Assembly: GCA_040954595.2 (NCBI GenBank)
Contig: CM082597.2
Span: 1,160,886-1,224,885, forward strand
DNA length: 64,000 nucleotides
From: Balanoglossus misakiensis
Taxonomy: Eukaryota > Animalia > Hemichordata
Reading direction: 5' to 3'
This document shows positions 39,101-49,200 of the stretch, one piece after another. How positions within the stretch are numbered: position 1 is the first letter of the stretch; each line of letters begins with the position of its first letter. Under the pieces are notes generated by a model. The model worked only from the letters and a program-made list of their open reading frames with translations, ran no database searches and was not told the origin of the DNA. The position numbers and the translations under genes are program-made.

Positions 39101-42100
39101 CTAATTTCAAAATCAGTTTCTAAAATAAAGAACTCGTTTAAAGGGAAATGTATTTAAAGCAGCTTTACTGTTGAGACATTCTCTCCAATTTTCAGTGCCT
39201 AGACCTGTATGTTAACTAGACAAGTTCAAAGTCCACATACCTGGCTGCAAATTGGTAACTTCATACATTCTCCTCTTTGGTGAAATATTACTATTGGCTG
39301 TGATGTACCCATCCAAACTGTGCAACTCGCGGAATTGAAGTCTGAATGCTGTGACCGGCGAACCACCATTATTAGCTTCCTCAAATGTCCACCTGACCAT
39401 CACAGAACTATCGGAAGTCTTAGTGATCCGTGGTTTGCCCGGAGGATCCGGAACTGTGAAGATAAAAGCAGGAAAATATGAGATGTGGGAATATGGATTA
39501 TGTTATGACAGCTGTCTGGTAGCATGAGCCAAATCTACAAATAAACTGATTAGAAATAAATTTTGCTCTAGATGCTTTAATGTAAAAACTGATAGTTTTC
39601 CCGTAACCTCACCTGAGCCAAATCCAAAATCGTAGGAATCCATGATGTCTTCTTCCGGGAAGAATGGAAGTCCAGTGGGAAAGCGATGCACGGACGATGG
39701 CGATGGTGCAGTGGTTGACTTTGTAGTAATATGAGGTGGTTCTGTCACTTCAAATGCTGTGATGAAGTTACAAACAGGAATGAAGTTGAAAACTTTGAAT
39801 TAAAATTTGATGAGTGCAAAGAATATAATGTAGAGGTCACATGTTTGTCACATGATGTGCTGAGCTTAGGACTGGACATTTACTCTGGCATGCATTATAC
39901 TGGAATGAATTCTCAGCAAGCTAACAATACATGTATTTATGGTAACAGTGGAGAGAACAGGAATGTTGAACAACAAGATGGTTGTCAGCGTTGTGGTATA
40001 TGACAGATAATGCTTGCTTTAAGGGACAGCTTACTATGGGACAGGTACAAAACCCAATATGGTGACTGTATATGACTGTGGTGGACTGAATAAAGCTAGG
40101 ATTTTACAGTGCAAACTACAATTTGCAACAACCTAAACTTTTAGACACTGAGTGAGCTGTATGCGGTGCTTAGTAACATGCAATTTGCTTGCTAACACAA
40201 AAATAGCGCCAGTGACACTGTAGCTACCGTCACAAAAAAGGGATAGGGTGTTATAGTGTTAGTGGTCAGTGGTTTAATGAAGGGAATTACACAATGCATG
40301 CATTGCAACAACTAAAAGCTGGTGACTGCTCAATTCAACAACCTAGACTAACCTTCCACTTTCAGATAGGCAGCCGAACTAACTTGGCCGTGTTCATTCT
40401 CCGCGATACACTGGTATTCGCCCTCATCATTTCGCATAATATTAAAAATGTTGAGACCCCCTGTGCGTCCCTCGGATATAAACACCCTGTCTGAGTTCAA
40501 GATGGGTGTGTCAAAGTCTTTGTTCCAGGCCACCAATGGCATGGGATCTCCCTCCACGCCACACGACATGAACACAGTATCGCCTTCGAATACAGTCATA
40601 TCCACGGGAGGGCGTAATATCTCTGGATAACCCACTGTGAACAACACAAGAAACCAACAATTCTTTTTGGTGCTACAGCTTGCATTGCAAAAATTCTCAT
40701 CCATAGTCTTCTCTTTTCTGAACTTGTAACAATACAATTTTTTCTATTGAGTGTTAATGTTGTTAGTGGTTGATTTTGTTGATGGAACATGGTTTTGTTG
40801 AGGGTACTGTTCACAACATACCTTTCAGTTTGAGCCTGGCTGTTGCCTGGGTAACCCCTTGTCTGTTTTCCACCAGACATTGATACATTCCAAGCTGAGC
40901 TTCTGTTATGGAATGTACTACCAACTGATTTCCTGTACATGGGATGGGAAGGGAAGGAAAAGGAAATGGAAATTGATCATAAAATTTATGTTTTCTTTCG
41001 TTATTCTTTTATAAAATGAAACTGTAACATCATCATGTCACTGTAGTTTAAAACAAACATTTTCTACTTTATGTTTGAGGTTTTGACAGACTTACCAAGC
41101 AGCGAGTGTTTGAGACTCATATCAGAGATCTGTTCTGCGTTGAACAACCACGTAATATCAGTGACAGGATTTCCACCAGTGATGTCACAACTGAATTCTA
41201 CTCTGTCACCAAACGTGGCTGCCACGTCTTCTGGTGGTTGCACAATCACAGGCGGGACTGCGTAAGGAAGGGGAAAAAAACAATATCTTTAGCAAGATAG
41301 AAAGTATGACTTTGACTGAAACTGAGCAGACTTGAACCCAATACTTGCGATGATGTAGTCTATCCATAATGAGAGTATTGGGACATTATGAATGTTTTTT
41401 GTAGGCTTACCTATAACACTAAGTGACACTTGTTGCCTATGTGGAAAGCCTACATCATTCTCTGCTACACAAACATAAGGACCCTCGTCAGATTCATTCA
41501 CATTCTCGATCACCAAGTTTCCCAAAACCTGGTGGACCCTCTCTGTCGGCATCTCTCCGTTCTGCCGTATCCAACTTATCCGTGGAAACGGTTTTCCCTT
41601 CGCTGTGCATTCCAGGGTTGCATTTTCTCCGACTCGCACTGTGGCTCTGGATGTGTACTCAATATGGGCTGGCATATCAATATCCAATGTGTCTTCTGTG
41701 GATAAAAACAAGAGCATAAATACTTGGTCGCTAGAGGGAGGTAAAAACAAAAGTATAAACACTGGGGTGCTAGAGGGCGCTATAACACAAAATTTTGGAG
41801 AGACAACTTTCATCTTACTTACCCCCAATGATGACAAGTTTAGTACTGTTTGTTGGGGTTTGCCTTTTCTCAGATACTGGATTTACTGCAGAACATTTGT
41901 AATTGCCTTTGTCTTCTGAGGTGACATTTGCAATCTGTAAATTTCCTGATGGCAAGATCATCATTCTCTCTGTTCAGAAAAAGAAACAGCAACTTGAAAT
42001 GACACGTCCACAACTGGCTTTGATTTCCAGCCTGTAAACTATCAACACACTGGTCTTGTACAAGTGATCAAAAAACAAAAGTCCTCATTTTTCACCAACT

Positions 42101-42828
42101 CTAGAGAGCGCTCAAAATCTGACAATGGGTAACTTCGTATATTTGACATCAAACCTTGCATATTATGATGAAAGATGGTGATGAAACTGAAAAAAATGCT
42201 ACTTAAACGTTGTGGCAAGAAGGCCAATTCATGGGAGTTTTCTGAGAGAGTGATTTGCAATAAGATTCTGACCTGTGTCGTAAGCTACCCATTCTCCTTG
42301 GTTTCTGTACTCTATTCTAGCTGGAGGTAAACTTTCTGGTATACTACATTTGATGACTGCAGTGTGTCCAACTATGGCAGCAGCTTGCACATCCATCTCC
42401 TCCGTAAATGGCTTTATATCTGTAGAAATATATCAAGAAGATAAAGTTAGGCACATTGGATAGGCACAAGGCACTTGTGTTTGTCATTTAGACAATTTAC
42501 AATTTACTTTTAAAAGAGAAATCATACTCACATGCTGCCTCTAACTGCACTGGTTTACTAGTTATAGCTCCCACGCTGTTATTAACAACACATTGGTAGG
42601 TACCAGTATGTGTAAATAAATTTCTGTCATGTCTAAATGATCTAATTATCAGCTGCGTGCCTCTGATTTCAATATCAGAGTCTTCATCACTTTGGATGAA
42701 TTGTCCGTTATATTTCCATCGCACTTCCACATCGTCCGGTTCAGCAACACAGTGAAAACGAACTTTACTCTTTTTCTTCACCACCTGGCTTTGTGGTTCT
42801 CTCAAAAATCTCGGAGCTATTTCTGCAT
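35968..42828 (-). CDS. CDON: CDON/BOC/ihog-family Hedgehog co-receptor, 15 coding exons (about 1060 aa without the unlocated signal-peptide exon): 5 Ig, Thr-rich linker, 2 FN3, TM, cytoplasmic tail
   Basis: All exons join in frame with AG/GT ends. Strings resembling vertebrate CDON/BOC: CSIPESLPPARIEY...ILPSGNLQIANV...YKCSAVNPV (Ig2); NGGSPVTAF...YRFRIIAINIHGES (FN3); GFYIYHRLTDRDEDKDY...[15 protein letters not shown]...FSNV...ETK (last FN3); [28 protein letters not shown] (TM). Probably a co-ortholog of CDON and BOC. Confidence 0.92.
36452..36698 (-). CDS. CDON: CDON/BOC-like cytoplasmic exon 2 (His/Arg/Asn/Cys-rich)
   Basis: ttccacag|GAC...CCAG|gtgaga; 247 nt; phase 0 in, 1 out. Confidence 0.8.
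37069..37346 (-). CDS. CDON: CDON/BOC-like cytoplasmic exon 1
   Basis: tctctttcag|AT...CAT|gtaagt; 278 nt; phase 1 in, 0 out. Confidence 0.8.
37465..37522. repeat. Imperfect (CATT)/(TTCC) microsatellite in an intron
   Basis: tcattcattcattccttcatcattcactttattcatttattccttccttccttcattcc. Confidence 0.7.
37696..37926 (-). CDS. CDON: CDON/BOC-like exon: Thr-rich stalk and transmembrane helix
   Basis: ttctacag|CT...AATA|gtaagt; 231 nt; [32 protein letters not shown]. Confidence 0.9.
38206..38434 (-). CDS. CDON: CDON/BOC-like exon: second (membrane-proximal) FN3
   Basis: atactag|TAC...AAAG|gtgggt; 229 nt; PIDGFYIYHRLTDRDEDKDY...[28 protein letters not shown] (not in the ORF track). Confidence 0.9.
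38657..38734. repeat. 39-bp tandem duplication spanning an exon/intron boundary
   Basis: tgaa(t/a)atatttgcatacttacttcccatacaatctttat at 38657-38695 and 38696-38734, 1 mismatch. Confidence 0.95.
38717..38907 (-). CDS. CDON: CDON/BOC-like exon: end of first FN3 and start of second FN3 (donor duplicated; alternative end 38678)
   Basis: tttacag|AC...TGGGAA|gtaagt; 191 nt; YRFRIIAINIHGES...EAVNTTAIKIVWE. Confidence 0.9.
39241..39453 (-). CDS. CDON: CDON/BOC-like exon: first FN3, N-part
   Basis: cttcacag|TT...CCAG|gtatgt; 213 nt; VPDPPGKPRITKTSDSSVMVRW...NGGSPVTAFRLQF. Confidence 0.9.
39613..39756 (-). CDS. CDON: CDON/BOC-like exon: Thr/Ser/Pro-rich linker
   Basis: catcacag|CA...TCAG|gtgagg; 144 nt; phase 1-1. 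Confidence 0.75.
40353..40634 (-). CDS. CDON: CDON/BOC-like exon: Ig5
   Basis: ttcacag|TG...GAAG|gttagt; 282 nt; PEILRPPVD...MSCGVEGDPMPLVAW...DEGEYQCIAENEHG. Confidence 0.9.
40822..40932 (-). CDS. CDON: CDON/BOC-like exon: Ig4 C-half
   Basis: tgtacag|GA...AAAG|gtatgt; 111 nt; NQLVVHSITEAQLGMYQCLVENRQGVTQATARL. Confidence 0.88.
41096..41257 (-). CDS. CDON: CDON/BOC-like exon: Ig4 N-half
   Basis: ttacgcag|TC...CTTG|gtaagt; 162 nt; PPVIVQPPED...VEFSCDITGGNPVTDITWLFNA. Confidence 0.88.
41411..41695 (-). CDS. CDON: CDON/BOC-like exon: Ig3
   Basis: atccacag|AA...ATAG|gtaagc; 285 nt; GENATLECTAKGKPFPRISW...GNLVIENVNESDEGPYVCVAEN. Confidence 0.9.
41823..41969 (-). CDS. CDON: CDON/BOC-like exon: Ig2 C-half
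   Basis: gaacag|AG...GGGG|gtaagt; 147 nt; MILPSGNLQIANVTSEDKGNYKCSAVNPVS. Confidence 0.9.
42273..42419 (-). CDS. CDON: CDON/BOC-like exon: Ig2 N-half
   Basis: tctacag|AT...ACAG|gtcaga; 147 nt; GHTAVIKCSIPESLPPARIEYRNQGEW (not in the ORF track). Confidence 0.88.
42532..42828 (-). CDS. CDON: CDON/BOC-like exon: Ig1
   Basis: ttttcag|AT...GCAT|gtgagt; 297 nt; APRFLREPQSQ...FHCVAEP...WKYNG...GTYQCVVNNSVGAI. Confidence 0.9.
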
Positions 42829-45800
42829 CTGAAAACAATTACACAATTTTACAGGTTTACGAATGAATGACCAACAAGTTCTCCAAAGTATTAATTGGCT
42901 CTAGATGGTACATGTTGTGGTAGAAAGATACAAAGTCTCTCGTTTGTACTGTAGTACATTAAACCAGCGAAGAAATGCAAAGAACCTGAGATGGGATTTG
43001 TCCCATCTGCAGAAAACATTTTTATTCTCTTTCAGAGCAGTTGCTCGGGGAATTCAACAAATGTTGATTGAAAGAACAACTTGCAAAGGAATCTAACCTT
43101 GGCAAAACATGATCATACAACCAGTAGCTAATTTTTAACATCTTTAGAAAACTTCTCTTTCACACTTAAAGTTACTTATACTGTTTACGACGTGCTAATA
43201 AAGCATACTTTGTTGAAGTTTACAAGGACAAAGTCACCATCTTTTGACATTGTTTGGAGATATCTGTTTTACGTGAGAATTTATCGGTGTTGTTCTTCCC
43301 GAAATCTGGTAGATTAATGGTTTAAAGAGCTCCAGTCATACTCATCTTTTGGTCAGAAAACATATTTACAGAGAATACCAGAAGTTATGAGAGCAAAGTT
43401 TTTAACTGGTATGTACGGCAGCATGTGACTGTGATGTATTCATTCTGACTGATTCACAACACCCAAGGCTTGAACATGCAACACCCGGGTGACAACAATG
43501 TCAAACAGAAACATTTCAGCTACTGTAACTACTGCATATCTGACGACGGAATAAATTCTTTCCTCTGATTATTTGCGACAGGTTTACGTGCATACAGGCA
43601 CATACACTGCACAGTGGCTGATGATCCTGTACATGGGACATTTCAATATTACTACTGTGACATAACACAGAACCATGTTTATGATGTTACAAGTACAGGC
43701 AGTCTTGATAAGACCTGATCTCTGGGAGACATGACTTGGGAAGGAGGGGTTGTTACAGCCTGTCCTGTCATATTCTCTCATCTTGGTGCGTGGTGAAGTT
43801 TTATAAAACTGCGAAAAGTCGATAGTAAAATTTCCAGACTAATTGTCAATTTGGGACAGCCATATTGGAGGTCACAGATCACTACTAATCACAGGGTGTA
43901 ATACAAAAGTTTATAAACCAATTTGACCTTTGTGTACATATTATATTTAGAACACAGAAGACTTCGCGACTCGAAATAATCAACTTGCCATCTTTTATCC
44001 AACACACAAGTCAAGAAACATCTGAAACAGGAAAATTGGTGTTTCTTTCTTACCTGCATGGTTGCAGATTTGTAAAATTGTGAGGGTATAAAATAAGGCA
44101 AGTATGTAGATCCTATTCAGAGGCAGTGATGGAGAATCCATTGCACTTTTGTGATAACAAGACAGCTATCTTCCAGACATCGGATAAACTTCAGATAAAC
44201 TTGTCAACAATGACTCCTGCAAGTTAAAAAAGATGACGAAAACTTTAACATTCATTGTTTCCAATGGCACGGCTGCAACCACATGGTGAAAGTGGGTTAA
44301 GCAACACCAAAAACTTCACTACGAATAGAAACAAATACCAACTTACGCAAGTTCATTCAAAACATCACACACAACAAGACACCAGAACCCACACTCATGC
44401 TGCCAGTCATCTTTGTCCAGAAATAACTTCACAACCTCCAATGACTTGGTGATAGTATTTCAACATTATGACAGCAGCATTACTACGGTTACCTTTGCCA
44501 TAGCAACAGATCAGATTACTAACCAAGTATTAATGAAATTCTGTACTGACCACGTACTGGGTACGATCTTATTAAACTCATGACCCTTCATTTCAGTGGC
44601 TGACACAGTGACATTGCTTACAAATGCCGTGTCATCGACTCAACAAATCCACAGCTGTTTTTTATATCTCCGGAAGAAACTTGAACTCTCCTCCCATCAA
44701 ACCAATGACCTATCCCCTCTCACTTTTACAGTTATGAACTTTCCCCCTCTTTTTCCTGAGACACTCATGCTTTACCCTAATATGTCTTGCTGTACCAGCA
44801 AACCAGATGTATGAATATGAATGTTACATATTATTATGTTCCCTAAAGGAATATCCATATCAAAGTTGTGAAGCATTACTATGATAGTTCTAGTAATATT
44901 TATAGATGAATATTTTATAAATAAAAGCCTAGCCCACAGCTGCAATTATCTATAATTGAAAACATCATCTTAAAAGTCTCAAGACACAGCATTAAATATA
45001 GCTGTGTTATTATGTCAAAACTTTATGTTACCCGAGAGACTAAGCTATCTGTATCATAAATTGATTCGCACTAATATCTCTTCATACTTTGTTACAAAAT
45101 AGACAACCTCATCTTATCACATGAATAGTTGATATGACTACAAGACATGTCCGTAAGCATCTATGACACCAAACATTACGGTAAACAATCCGGTCACAGT
45201 AGCCTCCAAACTCATCTCCAGTTGCACTGCCCTAAGTAAACATTTCTGCTTGGAACCACATTTGATTTACCTTAACACACCACCAATCAGTTCTTCCACA
45301 CTACATCCTGCTTGGCATGAAACAACACTGAACACATCCTTTCATCCTCGGCGGAAAATGTCCTAAACATGGCTGACAGTCTGACAGAAAAGCAATCCTG
45401 TCCGGAAGGGTCTTTCCAGATGGTGAGGTCATGAAACATGATACATTCCAGCTATGATATATCTAATAATATCAGACTATCAAGTTCCATATCTCTTCAA
45501 TCGCAATGCCTTCCACTTGTTCTATAGTTTTCATAAAGCATATAGAAATTCCAAGATGGGACGAAAACGCGACTGGAATTTAATCACAATTCATCTCCAC
45601 TCAGCTTGGGGTAACTTCTCCCGTTCCGTTTTACAACAACACATTACAACTTTTGGGTGAAACTAAACACTTTATAAGCTTTCAAACGTAAAAAAAAACA
45701 TTATGATAGAATTTTAATATATATATGCTTCAGAATAAAGGCCCAAGTTCTGGCAATGAGACTGTTGCTGTGGACATTTTTATTGCATTATGCCTCAGAG

Positions 45801-45942
45801 GTAATGTCTCTCTCCATGAAAGTTAACGACCATACTGTTGCTTCAGTGCATCCACAACTTGTGAATGACGCACACAGCTTTATTATTATTGTATTATGTT
45901 GCAAAATTTTGATGGCACTGTTTGCACAGGAGTATGATAATA

Positions 45943-46276
45943 TTTTCATTAAACCATCTACAGTATCTAGACAAGTGTATACATTTCTGTACAAATTTGG
46001 TGTGTAGTTTGATGCGTGGGGGACAGTACAAGCCAAAGAAATAGGAGCATCCAATGCCAATGTCACAAATGGAATGTTTACAGTGCTATGATTTTTTGTC
46101 AATGGACAAAGGACTAGCAAGCATAGAATTTCACCACCCTAGGTACCGGCAGAGTCGAACCGCCTATTAATTTCAAAGCGCCTTTTTTCATTAAACCATC
46201 TACAGTACCTAGACAAATGTATACATTTCTGTACAAATTTGGTGTGTAGTTTGAAGCATGGGGGACAGTACAAGCC
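45943..46276. repeat. Pair of 92-bp direct repeats separated by about 150 bp
   Basis: ttttcattaaaccatctacagta(t/c)ctagacaa...gggacagtacaagcc at 45943-46034 and 46185-46276, with few mismatches. Confidence 0.9.
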
Positions 46277-49200
46277 TGTTGAATTCTTCCATAGCAAGAG
46301 AATGGGGTCAGTTGCAGGGAAAGTGTACGCTTTCTAGACAGTTAAAATTTATTTTGTGTTAAGTACCCAATTGTAAAGTGAACCAATGGCAGATGATGAC
46401 AAGCAGGACACATCATCTTATTACTCATTATGACAGTATGCCTGTTACCGACGCCCTGGGGTCAAGGGTCAACCTAATGAATGAAAACACACATGTTCAG
46501 AGAGGGCCAGGGGCGGTAAGGTCGCAAGATGACAGGAAATACTGAAATCAAACCAGGCGTTTCCCATGATGCAGCTGTTCATTAGCAAAAGGGGTTCAAC
46601 CCTGGTGACCAAGTTGAGATCTCTTGGCAACTGCCCAAGTAGCAAAGCGTGGACACCTTTAGCAGTCCGCTCAGCAGTGCCTGTTATTTCAGCCATGTCT
46701 GAAATTAATTTATACATCATAACTAGCAACCAGACATGGGCTATTGAGTTACAATGTTGTGACTGTGTGTATTGTAGAGACTCCCATCTCGAGAAACATA
46801 ACGAAAAAATCATCAAGTTAGCATTCACCCTTTCATGTTATATTTTTCAACGTGCACTTTGTAAATTGATTAAAGATGAAACTGATACTACTTTCATCTG
46901 TGTCATCTCCTTGAGTAAAAATACTTATATTAATAATAAAACTCAGCATGGATTAAAACGAGTGTTCTATTTCTGGACTTTAGAGATGCCATCATATTAT
47001 ATAAATATGCAAGCCAGTAACATTTAAGTTACTACAACTATTCTTTCATCGCCAGCATTTTTTCAGCATTTAGGTTCTGCGTGTCAACTAAGATTCTTCT
47101 TCTTAACTGAAGTATGTCAAACTGAACCATTGTTATTGTTGAATAATTAAATTCAAATCCATGTATTTCAGATTCCAAGGCAAATCCATTTGTTTCAGAT
47201 TGTCTTAAAAAATCCTGGCTGAATTGGACTAATCCAGATATTTTTTGCCTTGCCTTTTGGGCACGGATGCATAATTCAATGCTACATCCGCAGGGATTCT
47301 CTAAGCTTATGTAATATTTAGACTGTAACCATATCATATCATGAAGGAGAAACAGTGGGTAATGTAAAGAACAGCAGGGATAAAACAACATCAGCAGTGA
47401 ACAGATCAAGTAACACCACCACTGTTAACATGGCTATGTCAATGAGCAATTTAAACAAACCTCATGGAATCAAAACAGTAACACTATAATCCCTAAATAA
47501 TACAGTATTAAGTAAATAATTAAAACTTAATTCGGAGGCTTTCAGAATCATTGAAAAAAGTCAAATCTTGATAGAATTGAAAGTGTTTGAATCCTACAGA
47601 CAATGATTTTTAAGACACGTCACCAGCCTATAAGCTTTACTTTCAATTGAAATCTACAGGTACATTATTGATTGTGAATTATTCCAATGTCCTAAATGGA
47701 CCTGAATTTCATGGAAAATTCAGAATTAGACTCTTTGCTAAGAAGAAAAAGGTGGGGCACAAGCCATCAGACTTTAACACAGGATCTGTCACTATGACTT
47801 GTGGACATAGCTGTACAAATAGGCTTTGCTAACAAAGTGTCTGTCATGTGTCACACCGCAATGTGCATTAAATGCAGGACTATCTTCGGAATGGATACAT
47901 TACTTGTATGTTCATGTTTCTTCACATGATTTGAAGATCTATCATAACATATTTGAAATAGCATTTTTTTGCAGATGTCACAAATTGTATGACCATCCCT
48001 AAGTTTGAAGATAAAACCAGCAGCCCGCTAGTTTCAAGAGACGGCAAGATTCAAAGAGAAAATTCACTTATTGTTTTTTCCCCAATCTCCGACTCTTGTG
48101 AATCAGCAATTCATCGTGTTCTAGTGGAAGAGCAATCTACCAAAATGTATGATAGATGAGTACACAGCGCCATATCTTGACACTTTTAATGACACAATCT
48201 GAATATCCATTTCTTGCCAGGAGACAGTACCTATCTCACAGACTATTACTCTTGCCGCGAAAATCTCTTTAAATTTTGATGTTTTCTGCCGACTGACCCT
48301 TCTGTCAGAGTCCCCTGATAAACGGGAAATTGAAGATTGGCCTGAGTTTATCTTTTTGTATGCTCCAAGTGATCGGAGGTAAATTACCCCAGGGACGTCG
48401 CCATAGTGACTCTCTCTTAGAATCAGTTAGGACAAGTCAGAACTGATGAATTGGCAAAACAGCATCTGTTATTATTATTTTGATAGTCAATTAATAAAAT
48501 GACATGTACCCTCGCAGAATATAAAGTATTTTATCTCATCACAGAGTGAGCTTCATCAAAACAGTTACAGTGTAATATTTTGACATGAATGGGATCCAGT
48601 GACAGGATAATGTCAAACACTGACTTGCAAAAAATAATCAATCTGGTACATGTCACAGAAGACTCGAGTGTGTGCGGTGTTTCACAAACTTTGGGGAGGA
48701 AAACAAACTGATTTAAAACTTTATATTAAAACAGATAACAATGGAAACATTATACAATAATACTACAATAATCCCTTAGACTCATAAAGTAACAAAATTC
48801 CCACTCCCATAAAATATTTTATTCTTTTGACAGCTTGAACAGATGGATTTTTAAACGAGTGACTAATGATGACAATAGCCGACGGGTCGGAGACAAACAA
48901 AACTTGTAACCATAGAAAAATTACCATAAATCATATCACAGTTCATAAACTCATTCCAAAACAATGTGTAATTTATTTAACATGATATACAGTTCACCGA
49001 AAGTGTCCTGGTCAGTTAAATTGATACATGTAGTCATTTGACAAAGTTGCAAAACAGGGTCATGTGTCCGTCTGAAACAATGTAACAATTAAGTAACTGT
49101 ACACTTTATATCTTTGTATCTTACAGTTTGTGTCTGTCACATCCAGAACATGACTGCACATCTTGAGTGAATGTATGCAAAAGTGAAATTCTAACAACAA

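Noticed and set aside
41289-41837. 182-aa ORF reading through an intron (possible intron retention)
   Set aside because: Intron 41696-41822 is 127 nt, so retention would shift the frame relative to the upstream exon
44340-44420. Candidate CDON signal-peptide exon (donor-like gtaagt with a GT-rich hydrophobic stretch on -)
   Set aside because: The ATG frame hits TGA before the donor, and no frame gives a Met-initiated phase-1 end
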